Source: an uncultured Acidimicrobiia bacterium
Lineage (GTDB): Bacteria > Actinomycetota > Acidimicrobiia > Spongiisociales > ZC4RG35
Length of the DNA stretch: 55,924 nucleotides
Assembly (NCBI GenBank): GCA_964195405.1
Contig: CAXMPK010000145.1
Coordinates: 1 to 55,924 of the forward strand
Direction: 5' to 3'
The notes below the pieces were generated by a model. The model did no database searches. It was not told the origin of the DNA and saw only the letters and a list, made by a program, of their open reading frames with translations. Positions 19,149-27,892 of the stretch are shown here, one piece after another (position 1 is the stretch's first letter; every line of letters begins with the position of its first letter). The translations under genes and the position numbers were made by a program.

Positions 19149-19801
19149 TGGGCTATGAAGACGTGCTCGAGAGGGTGGCTGCGGCCACAAGCCGGGTCGG
19201 GCGTTCGGCGAGCGACGTGACCCTGGTCGTCGTTTCCAAGACAAGGACGGTCGAGGAAATCCTCGAGATCTACCAATCTGGTCATCGAGACTTTGGTGAG
19301 AACCGTGCCCAGGAATTTGCTGCCAAGGCACCACGTCTGCCGGATGATATTCGATGGCATTTCGTCGGAGCCCTGCAATCGAACAAGGTGCGTCAGGTTC
19401 GCCCAATGACCCATCTTCTCCACTCCATGGACAGAGCCTCGTTGGCCGAAGGCTGGCTCAAAGGGATGGGGCAGCCGCCGCCCGTCTTGCTTCAGGTCAA
19501 CGTGGGAGCCGAACAACAAAAGTCTGGGATCGCCCCCGGTGACGTCGCCGAAACCCTCGAGTGGATGCTCGAGATGGGTTTGAAGGTGCGGGGTTTGATG
19601 ACGATCCCCCCAATTCCTGAGCTGGCAGAGCACAGTCGCCCCCACTTTCGGAGGTTGCGCGGGCTCATCGAGACAATTCGTTCCCCCGCCACCGAATTTG
19701 TGGAGCTGTCGATGGGTATGACAGATGACTTCGAAGTGGCGATTGAGGAGGGTGCTTCGATCATAAGGGTGGGACGGGCTATCTTTGGCCCCCGCAAATG
19801 A
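19148..19801 (+). CDS. yggS: PLP homeostasis protein YggS/YlmE
   Basis: LVVVSKT, FGENRAQE, WHFVGALQSNK, GLMTIPP, LSMGMTDDFEVAIEEGA..IRVG.AIFG. Confidence 0.96.
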   Translation: MGYEDVLERVAAATSRVGRSASDVTLVVVSKTRTVEEILEIYQSGHRDFGENRAQEFAAKAPRLPDDIRWHFVGALQSNKVRQVRPMTHLLHSMDRASLAEGWLKGMGQPPPVLLQVNVGAEQQKSGIAPGDVAETLEWMLEMGLKVRGLMTIPPIPELAEHSRPHFRRLRGLIETIRSPATEFVELSMGMTDDFEVAIEEGASIIRVGRAIFGPRK

Positions 19802-19813
19802 CCGGAGCCGTCG

Positions 19814-20338
19814 ATGTCTTCACTCTTCTCTAAAGCACTCGTGTACCTGGGCCTCGTCGATGAGGACCAAATCGATGTTGAGCCTTCCGATAACACCACG
19901 TCGGTCTCGGTCGATCCACAGCCCATTCATGTTGGGCTCGAGCCGATCCCGCAAGGACGTAGGGTGGAGCCACCGCCGACGTCACGTGCAGCAACCAGAC
20001 CGCAGGGGAAGTCTGCGCAGATCGAGACAGGTGGTGTTGTTCGACCAGTAGAACTTCAATCGGATATTCTGGTAGTCGAAGATTTCGGAGATGCCCGGAT
20101 GTTGGCCGACAGGGTCAGAGACCGGACTCCTGTGGTGCTGGACATGCGTCAGGCTGACCAAGATTTAATGCGCCGTGTGGTCGACTTTTCGTCTGGTTTG
20201 ATCTATGCACTCGACGGATCGATGCGGAAAGTCGGTGACGGGCTCGTTGTTGTTTTGCCACCGAGGGTCACGTTGAGTCGCGACGAGAAAAGAAGGTTGA
20301 CCGCCCTTGGGGCATACGAACTCGATGACATCGACTGA
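19814..20338 (+). CDS. sepF: Cell division protein SepF
   Basis: N-terminal KALVYLGLV amphipathic helix; RRVVDFSSGLIYALDG. Confidence 0.92.
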   Translation: MSSLFSKALVYLGLVDEDQIDVEPSDNTTSVSVDPQPIHVGLEPIPQGRRVEPPPTSRAATRPQGKSAQIETGGVVRPVELQSDILVVEDFGDARMLADRVRDRTPVVLDMRQADQDLMRRVVDFSSGLIYALDGSMRKVGDGLVVVLPPRVTLSRDEKRRLTALGAYELDDID

Positions 20339-20341
20339 TCG

Positions 20342-20596
20342 GTGATTCAGAACCTTCTCAGAACAGTTCTCACCCTGTACTTCTACGCGGTGTTCGCATG
20401 GGTGATCCTTTCTTGGATTCCAATGTCCCCTGGCCATCCACTGGGTCGAGTCCAGGCCTTCCTCGATCGAATCATCTACCCGGTGATTCGCCCGATCCGC
20501 AAAGTGATCCCGCCGATTCGTTTGGGTGGTGGTGCGTTAGACCTCTCACCGCTCATTCTTTTGTTGGGTATCCAAATTCTTCGTCGTTTCATCTGA
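20342..20596 (+). CDS. yggT: YggT/YlmG family membrane protein
   Basis: ILSWIP, PIRKVIPP..LGG.ALDLSP. Confidence 0.92.
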   Translation: MIQNLLRTVLTLYFYAVFAWVILSWIPMSPGHPLGRVQAFLDRIIYPVIRPIRKVIPPIRLGGGALDLSPLILLLGIQILRRFI

Positions 20597-20652
20597 TCCT
20601 TGGATACAGAACTCTCGGTTTTTATCCTGCGGTGCAACTGAAAGGCTAAGAA

Positions 20653-21396
20653 ATGGCAATGACACCCGCAGACGTAGAAGGAAAGACCTTCGGCACAGCC
20701 CTCCGCGGCTACGACCTCGATGAGGTTGATGACTTTCTCGACGACGTGGTAGCAACGCTTCGCGATCTCCAGGACCAGTTGGCTTCGGCACGCGTTGTGG
20801 AGCCTGAAAGCACCGAACCACCTGTAATAGCCGACGAATCGGCTGTGGGTAGGGCCCTGATCGCTGCCCAAGCGACGGGCGACACAATCATCTCAGACGC
20901 CCGAGAAGAGTCGGAGCGCATCCTCAACGAAGCCCGCGGTGAGGCGGAGACGTGGGCGGCTGAGCGCGATGCCAAGAAGGCGGAGGCGGACGCTGAGATG
21001 GCCGAGTTGACAAGACACGTGTCTGACGTGCGAACCCAGCTGGCGCTTCTTGCAACCACGGTGGCTGACAGCCTTGATGAAATGGACCTGGCCATTGGAG
21101 GTCAGACCGAGCCGACCGTCACCGGCGACGTAGACAATGATGAGGGGGATGCCAGTGATCTCCCGGACGATGACGAAGAGGTGGAATCGTTCGACCTCGA
21201 CGACCAAGAGACGTCGAGCGATGCCGACGACGGAGACTCATCGGATGAGGACGAAGAAGCCCAAGCCGATGCGCCCGACGATGCCTCCGAAGAGGACGGC
21301 GACCAACTCGACGACGAACTCGACGACGAACTCGACGATGCCTCCGAAGAGGACGGCGACGAACTCGACGACGAACCCGACGACGACGATCACTGA
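20653..21396 (+). CDS. divIVA: DivIVA domain protein with a long acidic C-terminal tail
   Basis: MTPADV..KTF...LRGYD.DEVD.FLD, then a coiled coil and an approximately 90-aa D/E-rich tail. Confidence 0.9.
   Translation: MAMTPADVEGKTFGTALRGYDLDEVDDFLDDVVATLRDLQDQLASARVVEPESTEPPVIADESAVGRALIAAQATGDTIISDAREESERILNEARGEAETWAAERDAKKAEADAEMAELTRHVSDVRTQLALLATTVADSLDEMDLAIGGQTEPTVTGDVDNDEGDASDLPDDDEEVESFDLDDQETSSDADDGDSSDEDEEAQADAPDDASEEDGDQLDDELDDELDDASEEDGDELDDEPDDDDH
21276..21390 (+). repeat. In-frame direct repeats in the divIVA tail (57-bp period with nested 12-bp GAACTCGACGAC units)
   Basis: CGACGATGCCTCCGAAGAGGACGGCGAC starts at 21276 and 21333. It encodes DDASEEDGD twice plus ELDD units. 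Confidence 0.9.
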
Positions 21397-21596
21397 CCAT
21401 CGGTGTCTTGGCCCAGCTCATCCATCAGTCCCTCTCGGATGACCTCCCTGATTTAGCTGGGAACACCCAAGGCGTGGTCGGCTTCCGACGAGGTTGTGGA
21501 CAGCGGGCTGTTCAGAGCAAGTCTCCTCCCATATCGCATTGCCCTCTTGCGATCCGACAATCCGTGAGCAATCGATTTCCGCGCTAACTCGCTCCG

Positions 21597-24500
21597 TTAG
21601 ACAACTTCGATTACCGGGCGTTCGAGTTGATCCTCCAAGTCCACCGAAACGGCAAGAATTTCGGCCAGAATCCAGTCCCGATGGTGGTCGACCAATTCGG
21701 CGTATTCAGTTGGCAACCGGAGAGCGATGCGGTCGGTGAGATTCAACCCCTCCTGTTTGCGTTGCTCATTGAGCGCTCGGATCAGGTCGAGGGCTTGGCC
21801 CTCCATCGTGAGTTTGTCGTTGAGAGTCGGATCGATGGCGACACTGATTTCGCCATCATGTGCTGCCGACCAGCCTTCCAGGGTCACTCGCTCGCTGCGG
21901 ACGACTTCGTGAGCACCGAGTTCTTCCCCCGCGACCCGGACGCTTCCGTCGGCCGTCTCTACGAAATCACCGCTGGCAAGCGCTGTTGCCACCTCCTTTA
22001 CCTTTGGACCCAATCGCGGTCCAACGACGGGAAAATTTGGTTTGAGGGTCACTTCGATGGTGGTTTCCTCATCAAAGACAACCTCGTGAACACGCAATTC
22101 GTTTTTGATATCTTCCAAGTGATTCCGAGCCAGGTCGCCGCCTCGAACAATCGCCTTGGACAACGGTTGGCGGAGCCTGATATTGGCCTCACTTCGGGCA
22201 CGGCGGCCCGCTTCAACCACACGACGGGTCACCGCGATTTCAGCCAACAACTCCTCGTCTATGACGATCGGGGGTGTTGCCCAGCCGGCGAGATGGATGG
22301 AGGCTGGTGCTCCCTCGGCCGGATTCGCAACCAGGATCGACCACAGATGCTCTGCAAGAAATGGCATGACCGGGGCGATGATGCGGACTGCCGTGACGAT
22401 GCCAATCCAAAGAGCTCGGAACGCGGCTTCGTCAAAATCGTAAAAGCGACGGCGGCTTCGTCGGATATACCAGTTCGATAGATCATCGAGGTAGGCGTCG
22501 AAACCTTCGATGAGTCCGTCTACACGCCACTGATCGAGGGAGGCGGTAGCTTCGTTTACAGCCTGGCTTGCCCTAGTCAACAACCACCGATCGATCTCCA
22601 GCAACTCAACCCCTTCGGGACCGCCGTCAAGGTCGGCATAGGTCGGCACGAAACCCTCGATGTTGCCGTAGTCGACTAGAAACCGCGCGGAGTTCCAGAG
22701 GGTCAGCAGCTTGCGTTGGACGTCGCGAGCGCCTTCATGGCCGAATAAGAGGTTTCGATCCGGGGGATGAGCGCAGAACATCCAACGCACGACATCGGCT
22801 CCCATTGTCTCGAAGGCATCTTCAGCGACGATGAGATTGCCCCATGATCCATGCATTTCCCTCCCGTCCTCCGCAAGCATCTTCTCGTAACCCAGGACCG
22901 ACTTGAAGGGTGCTTTCCCGACCAATGCCACCGACATGAAAAGTTGCGAATAGAACCAGAGGCGCACTTGCTCGCGCATTTCGGTGACCCATGTCGCGGG
23001 AAACCATTTTTCCCAATAGGCGTTGTCGGGGAGGTCAGCGTTGGTGAGGCCTTCAGCCGCTCCTGTCGCGTATCCACCTTCCACCCATTCTTCGTTCTGC
23101 CATCCCAATGACGAGAAGGGCACAATCCCAGCGTCGAGCCAGACGTCCCCTACCTCCGGGATGCGGGTCAAACCGGTCTCGCCGCAGTGGTCGCATTTGA
23201 TTTTGACGTTGTCCACCCAGGGCCGGTGTAGCTCTTCGAGCTGGTCGAAGCCCGAAGTCGCCTTGTCTTTCAACTCGCTCTTGGAGCCGACAACTGTGAC
23301 TTCGCCGCATTTGCATGGGTAGAAGGGAAGGGGCAGCCCGTAGAAGCGGCGACGGGAGATATTCCAGTCCTCCATGTTGTTGAGCCAGTCATCCATCAAC
23401 TTGCCCATATACGAGGGAGTCCAATCGATTTCGCTGTTTGCCACGAGCAGTTGTGGCCGGATCTCGGTCACGTCGATGTACCAGTCGTCGGCGATCCGGA
23501 AGATCAGCGGCGTATCGCATCGCCAGCAATGCGGATAGGAGTGGACATAGTCAGTTGCTTCGACAAGGCGACTCCGTTGCCCGAGGTCGTCGATGATTTT
23601 CTGGCGAGCCTCATCGGTGGTCATGCCGGCTAGCCACTCATACTCGGGGTAAAACCGTCCCGACTCGTCAACGGGTGTCAGGACCGCAAGGTCGTGGATC
23701 CGGGAGAGGTCGAAGTCCTCAGGACCACAACCGGGGGCAATATGGACAATTCCGGTTCCCTGATCCAGAGTGACTTCTTCCCACGCAATGACAGCGTGTT
23801 GGACCCCGGAGCCGGGTCCGAGATCGTCGAAAGGCCCTTCGTAGGTCCATCCGACCATTGCGGTCCCCGGGAGTGTCTCTGTGAACACGTCGTCGGGGTA
23901 CATGTCCACCGCAACCCAGTCGCCGGTCGAGCGGCGGCCGTACTGGTAATCGGGATGAACGGCGGCGGCAACGTTGGCCGGGAGGGTCCAAGGTGTCGTC
24001 GTCCAGACCACCAAAGAGTCGCCGGGCCGATCGTGAAGTGGGAGGCGGACGAAGAGCGATGGGTCGGTCTTCTCTTGATAGACACCGGACATGGTGATCT
24101 CATGCTGGGAGATCGAAGTGCCACAGCGTGGACACCACTCGGTGGCTCGGTGGCCCTTGTATAGCCATCCCCGCTCGTTGAGTGTCTTGAGAAAGCGCCA
24201 GATGTACTCGATGTTGGTGTCTGAGAAAGTGAGGTAGTCGTTGCCCCAATCCATCCAGTAGCCAAGCCGTTTCGAACCTCGTGTGAGCTCCTCGACAGAC
24301 CATGCGACCTTTTCCCGGCATTTGCGGGAGAACCTGTCCAGCCCGTAGTCCTCGATCTCCTTCTTCGAGTTGAGACCAAGTTCCTGCTCGACTCCGACTT
24401 CGATCCACAACCCCTGACAGTCGAATCCGTTTTGAAAGCGAAGGTCGAATCCGCTCATCGCCTTGTAGCGTTGGAACACGTCCTTGAGGGTGCGACCCCA

Positions 24501-24701
24501 TGCAGTGTGGATTCCCAAGGCCTTGTTCGCTGTTACCGGTCCGTCGATGAAGCTGAATGGCTCATTCCCTTCGATCTGACTTCTAAGCCGTCCGAACACG
24601 TCTTCGCTCTCCCACCACGAGAGAATCTGTAGTTCCAACTCGTTGTGGTTTGGGGAGGCCCCTAGCGGCGAGAAGGAGCCTTGTTGCGTCTCGTTGGTCA
24701 T
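21597..24701 (-). CDS. ileS: Isoleucine--tRNA ligase, type 2 (IleRS2), with non-canonical signature motifs
   Basis: DGP.TAN, GFDCQGL, WTTTPWTLPAN, GTGIVHIAP, HSYPHCWRC, DWNISRRRFYG.PLP, DVWLDAG, LSNWYIRRSRRR, and a KPNF..GPRLG C-terminal domain with no terminal Zn finger. Start trimmed to ATG 24701. Confidence 0.95.
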   Translation of the reverse strand: MTNETQQGSFSPLGASPNHNELELQILSWWESEDVFGRLRSQIEGNEPFSFIDGPVTANKALGIHTAWGRTLKDVFQRYKAMSGFDLRFQNGFDCQGLWIEVGVEQELGLNSKKEIEDYGLDRFSRKCREKVAWSVEELTRGSKRLGYWMDWGNDYLTFSDTNIEYIWRFLKTLNERGWLYKGHRATEWCPRCGTSISQHEITMSGVYQEKTDPSLFVRLPLHDRPGDSLVVWTTTPWTLPANVAAAVHPDYQYGRRSTGDWVAVDMYPDDVFTETLPGTAMVGWTYEGPFDDLGPGSGVQHAVIAWEEVTLDQGTGIVHIAPGCGPEDFDLSRIHDLAVLTPVDESGRFYPEYEWLAGMTTDEARQKIIDDLGQRSRLVEATDYVHSYPHCWRCDTPLIFRIADDWYIDVTEIRPQLLVANSEIDWTPSYMGKLMDDWLNNMEDWNISRRRFYGLPLPFYPCKCGEVTVVGSKSELKDKATSGFDQLEELHRPWVDNVKIKCDHCGETGLTRIPEVGDVWLDAGIVPFSSLGWQNEEWVEGGYATGAAEGLTNADLPDNAYWEKWFPATWVTEMREQVRLWFYSQLFMSVALVGKAPFKSVLGYEKMLAEDGREMHGSWGNLIVAEDAFETMGADVVRWMFCAHPPDRNLLFGHEGARDVQRKLLTLWNSARFLVDYGNIEGFVPTYADLDGGPEGVELLEIDRWLLTRASQAVNEATASLDQWRVDGLIEGFDAYLDDLSNWYIRRSRRRFYDFDEAAFRALWIGIVTAVRIIAPVMPFLAEHLWSILVANPAEGAPASIHLAGWATPPIVIDEELLAEIAVTRRVVEAGRRARSEANIRLRQPLSKAIVRGGDLARNHLEDIKNELRVHEVVFDEETTIEVTLKPNFPVVGPRLGPKVKEVATALASGDFVETADGSVRVAGEELGAHEVVRSERVTLEGWSAAHDGEISVAIDPTLNDKLTMEGQALDLIRALNEQRKQEGLNLTDRIALRLPTEYAELVDHHRDWILAEILAVSVDLEDQLERPVIEVV

Positions 24702-24771
24702 AGGCGCACGGAGCGTAACGACCGCGTCCCCCAACTCCGAGAGCGAGCCCGTCGGGCTTATTGTCAACAGC

Positions 24772-25053
24772 GTGGTGGACTCGCCGGCTGATCCGAGTGC
24801 GGTTTTCGAAGTCTGGGTAGTTCCCGGGGCCTCCCGATCCGAGATAGTCGGGATGCATGGCAGTTCGCTCAAGATCCGGGTAACTTCTCCGGCCGAAGGC
24901 GGCAAGGCGAATGGCGAGGTCATCAAACTCCTCGAGGAGAAATCGGGTGGGCAAGTGACGTTGCTCCGTGGAATTACCAGCCGAAGAAAGGTGTTTCAGG
25001 TGACCGGGGTTAATGCCGAACTCATAGTGCGGAAACTCGGCTTGGATCGTTGA
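24772..25053 (+). CDS. DUF167 (YggU) family protein
   Basis: V.VVPGASRSEI.G, LKIRVTSPAEGGKAN, G.TSRRK. TATTGT lies 7 nt before GTG 24772. Confidence 0.9.
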   Translation: MVDSPADPSAVFEVWVVPGASRSEIVGMHGSSLKIRVTSPAEGGKANGEVIKLLEEKSGGQVTLLRGITSRRKVFQVTGVNAELIVRKLGLDR

Positions 25054-25089
25054 GATTGGTAGGGTGCCCGACCTTTCATAAGGACATTT

Positions 25090-25464
25090 GTGACAAGGAA
25101 ATTGGCTAAATCCACCGTCGAGCGCTTTAGAAAAAGACTCGAAACGGAGAAGACGCGTCTCGTACAGCTCATCGAGGAGTACGAACGTGAGCTGGTAGTC
25201 GCCCGTCTCACCGAGAGCTCATCGGACCGGAGTCCCGAGCCTGGCAACGCAGAAGCAAGTTCCATGAAGTTGGAATACGCCAAGGAGCTCTCCATCGAGC
25301 AGAACACGGCCGACCTTCTACACAAGGTTGATCACGCCCTGGAGCGCGTTGCGGCCGGCGTTTACGGCCTCTGCGAATCGTGTGGGAAGTCAATTCCTCT
25401 GGAGCGACTCGACGTGCTCCCGTACGCCACATTGTGCATTGAGTGCGCGACCAAACGCAGTTGA
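25090..25464 (+). CDS. TraR/DksA C4-type zinc finger protein
   Basis: Coiled coil followed by ALER...G.YG.CESCG..IP.ERL..LP.ATLCIEC. Confidence 0.92.
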   Translation: MTRKLAKSTVERFRKRLETEKTRLVQLIEEYERELVVARLTESSSDRSPEPGNAEASSMKLEYAKELSIEQNTADLLHKVDHALERVAAGVYGLCESCGKSIPLERLDVLPYATLCIECATKRS

Positions 25465-25916
25465 TTCGGCGCTACACGACTGGCTTGGCAATTGCGACGA
25501 CGGTCGTCGTCGCTGACCTGTTGACGAAGCGGTTCGCATCTCTCAACTTTGTCGACTCGCCGGTCGAAGTGATTCCCGGCTTTCTCACATTCACCTATCA
25601 CGAGAATCCGGGGGCAGCCTTCTCTTTCTTTCAGAATGGAGGCCCGATCATCGGCGTCGCCGCAATTCTCGTAACCGCGGCCGTATTATTCGCTCTGCGC
25701 ACTGAGCGCCCCGGCATCGAGGTTGTGGCACTTGGTCTTGTGATCGGAGGGGCGGTCGGAAACCTGATCGACCGGTTCTTCAGGGGTGATGGATTCCTCG
25801 ATGGGAGTGTCATCGACTGGATTGACATGTGGTGGATTCCGACTTTCAACATCGCCGACAGTGCGGTCACGATCGCGGTCGGGCTGTTATTGATACACGC
25901 ATGGCCAACGAGATAA
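25461..25916 (+). CDS. lspA: Lipoprotein signal peptidase II
   Basis: D.LTK, NPGAAFS, GGAVGNLIDR, V.DWI, FNIADS. TTG 25461 overlaps the upstream stop. Confidence 0.95.
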   Translation: MIRRYTTGLAIATTVVVADLLTKRFASLNFVDSPVEVIPGFLTFTYHENPGAAFSFFQNGGPIIGVAAILVTAAVLFALRTERPGIEVVALGLVIGGAVGNLIDRFFRGDGFLDGSVIDWIDMWWIPTFNIADSAVTIAVGLLLIHAWPTR

Positions 25917-26830
25917 CGGGTGAGGTCACGGTCGAGATCACCGAGGAGCTCGACGGCCACCGGGTTGATAGAGCTCTTGCCGTTCTTCTCGGAATCAGCC
26001 GAGCCGACTCGAGAATGTTGGTGGAGCAGGGCGTGTTGCTCGATGGTGTTCCGGCCAAGGCTCGGGAGAGGGTGAAGGTCGGTTCGAAACTTATCTCGCC
26101 CAAGCCTCCGGTCGTCGCCGAATTGGAACCGGAACCGATCGAATTCGACGTGTTACACGAAGATGAGGCGGTTGTGGTCGTCGACAAGCCGGCCGGGCTT
26201 GTGGTTCACCCTGGCTCGGGGCACTCAAAGGGGACACTTGCTGCCGGCCTCCTCTTTCGATACCCGGACCTGAAAGGAGTTGGCGCTGCCGATCGTTGGG
26301 GTCTGGTCCACCGGCTGGACAAAGAAACCTCTGGGCTCCTTTTGGTTGGTAAGACCGATGCCGCCTATCGATCGCTGACATCGCAGCTGCGTAGACGAGC
26401 TATTCGCCGGTCCTACACGACGCTTGTCAACGGCCAAATGGGAGCTCCAACTGGCACAATCGACGCCCCCATAGGTCGCGATCGTGGTCGACCAACACGT
26501 AGGGCAGTGGTGGCAGGTGGCAAACATGCCAGAACCCATTACCAAGTCCAGGCTGTTTACTCAGTTATGGAGTGCTCGTTGCTCAGTGTTCGTCTGGAGA
26601 CAGGCAGGACCCATCAAATCAGAGTCCACTTGTCCGCGATCGACCACCCGGTCATTGGCGATCGTATCTATGGCAGCCGACCCACCAGGGCCACGTCTCC
26701 CCGTACCTTCTTGCACGCATCCGAGGTTGCATTTGACCATCCGGTTAGCGGTGAGCGCCTGGCGGTGACATCCCCGCTCCCCCGGGATCTCGAGGTTGTT
26801 CTTGCCAAGCTGGGTGGGCTAGATCATTAG
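25901..26830 (+). CDS. rluD: RluA/RluD family pseudouridine synthase
   Basis: S4-like N-terminus, VDKPAGLVVHP, VHRLDKETSGL, LETGRTHQIRVH. Confidence 0.93.
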   Translation: MANEITGEVTVEITEELDGHRVDRALAVLLGISRADSRMLVEQGVLLDGVPAKARERVKVGSKLISPKPPVVAELEPEPIEFDVLHEDEAVVVVDKPAGLVVHPGSGHSKGTLAAGLLFRYPDLKGVGAADRWGLVHRLDKETSGLLLVGKTDAAYRSLTSQLRRRAIRRSYTTLVNGQMGAPTGTIDAPIGRDRGRPTRRAVVAGGKHARTHYQVQAVYSVMECSLLSVRLETGRTHQIRVHLSAIDHPVIGDRIYGSRPTRATSPRTFLHASEVAFDHPVSGERLAVTSPLPRDLEVVLAKLGGLDH

Positions 26831-26872
26831 CCCGACCCCTAATAGCCACTGGCGTCGGATACCGTTTCCCTG

Positions 26873-27697
26873 GTGACTCAAGACAACACGACCGCCGCGC
26901 CGGTTTGTTATCGCCATCCAGACCGGTCGACGTTGCTCAAGTGCAGCCGATGTGGGCGACCGATCTGCGTCTCATGTTCGATAGACGCGTCGGTTGGCCA
27001 AAGATGCCCGGAGTGTCTCCGCACCGAGGGCACCCAAAAGATCATCCCGACCTCAACGTCACGAGCCAATGTGGGCATCCCGGCGACCAAGACTTTCATC
27101 GCGTTGGCGGTCGTCTTCTTCGTGCTGGGAAACTTTGGTGGTCTCAACGACACCTTTGTCCAGAATCTTGCCCAATTCAATCCGTCGGTTGCCGCCGGGG
27201 ATTGGTGGCTTCTGTTCACACCGATCCTGCTTCACGGCTCGTTCATGCATCTTCTCTTCAATATGTGGGCACTCTGGGTTCTGGGGCCGCAGGTAGAACG
27301 AGGTGTCGGGTCTTGGCCCTTTGTTTCGCTCTATCTCGCCTCAGCAGCCGTCGGGGGAGTGTTCTTGTTCTATCTGGGCTCACCCTCCGCTGTAGCCGTT
27401 GGCGCCTCGGGTGCCATCTTTGGTCTCTTCGGAATCTGGCTCAATTGGGCTCTCCATCGACGTGGCAGCACGCAAGGCCGCGCACTCCTCCGTCAAATCG
27501 GGTTTCTCCTGCTTCTCAACGCGGTTCTGCCGTTCATGCTCCCCGGCATCGCTTGGCAGGCGCATCTCGGTGGATTGATCGCTGGCTTCGTGATTGGTGA
27601 GATTTGGTCGAGGCTTGGTGGCAACAGAGTCGAAACTTTGCGGACTGTCATCGGTTTTGCCGTGGCGATCGCGGCTGTGGTGGCCGTTCTCATATAG
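26873..27697 (+). CDS. Rhomboid family intramembrane serine protease with N-terminal zinc-finger
   Basis: CYRHP...C.RC.RPIC..C....SVG..CPEC, HLLFNM, GASGAIFG, AHLGG. Confidence 0.94.
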   Translation: MTQDNTTAAPVCYRHPDRSTLLKCSRCGRPICVSCSIDASVGQRCPECLRTEGTQKIIPTSTSRANVGIPATKTFIALAVVFFVLGNFGGLNDTFVQNLAQFNPSVAAGDWWLLFTPILLHGSFMHLLFNMWALWVLGPQVERGVGSWPFVSLYLASAAVGGVFLFYLGSPSAVAVGASGAIFGLFGIWLNWALHRRGSTQGRALLRQIGFLLLLNAVLPFMLPGIAWQAHLGGLIAGFVIGEIWSRLGGNRVETLRTVIGFAVAIAAVVAVLI

Positions 27698-27892
27698 CGG
27701 GCCTGGCGATGGGTGTTCAATTGAATTCGCGACTTCACCTGGGTAGCGCCCAGACTTCGCTCGCAAGCTGGCCCCGGGTCTACGCAGGCTTCCTCAGGGC
27801 CCGTGCCCGGTGCCAATCGTGTGTCGCTATTTGGGCGACAGGCCACTAGATTCGATGGAACTACACCCTTGTAAGTTGCAAAGCCAGAACCA

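Noticed and set aside
21276-21390. Direct repeats resembling a mini CRISPR array
   Set aside because: The periods are multiples of 3, lie in frame within divIVA, have no unique spacers, and no cas genes are present.
21119-21421. Arg-rich minus-strand ORF (RRRVRRR...)
   Set aside because: It is the antisense reading of the GAC/GAA-rich acidic divIVA tail.
21548-21572. GATCCGACAATCCGTGAG as a relic of an ileS T-box stem I with an AUC specifier
   Set aside because: Pairing is poor and there is no downstream T-box (TGGNACC) sequence. The resemblance is too weak to support.
707-24926. Long N-terminal extensions in the ORF track (DUF58 to 2050, murD from 10481, ftsL from 5928, ileS to 24926)
   Set aside because: Each overlaps a well-supported neighbouring gene, and better starts with coupling or RBS signals lie downstream.
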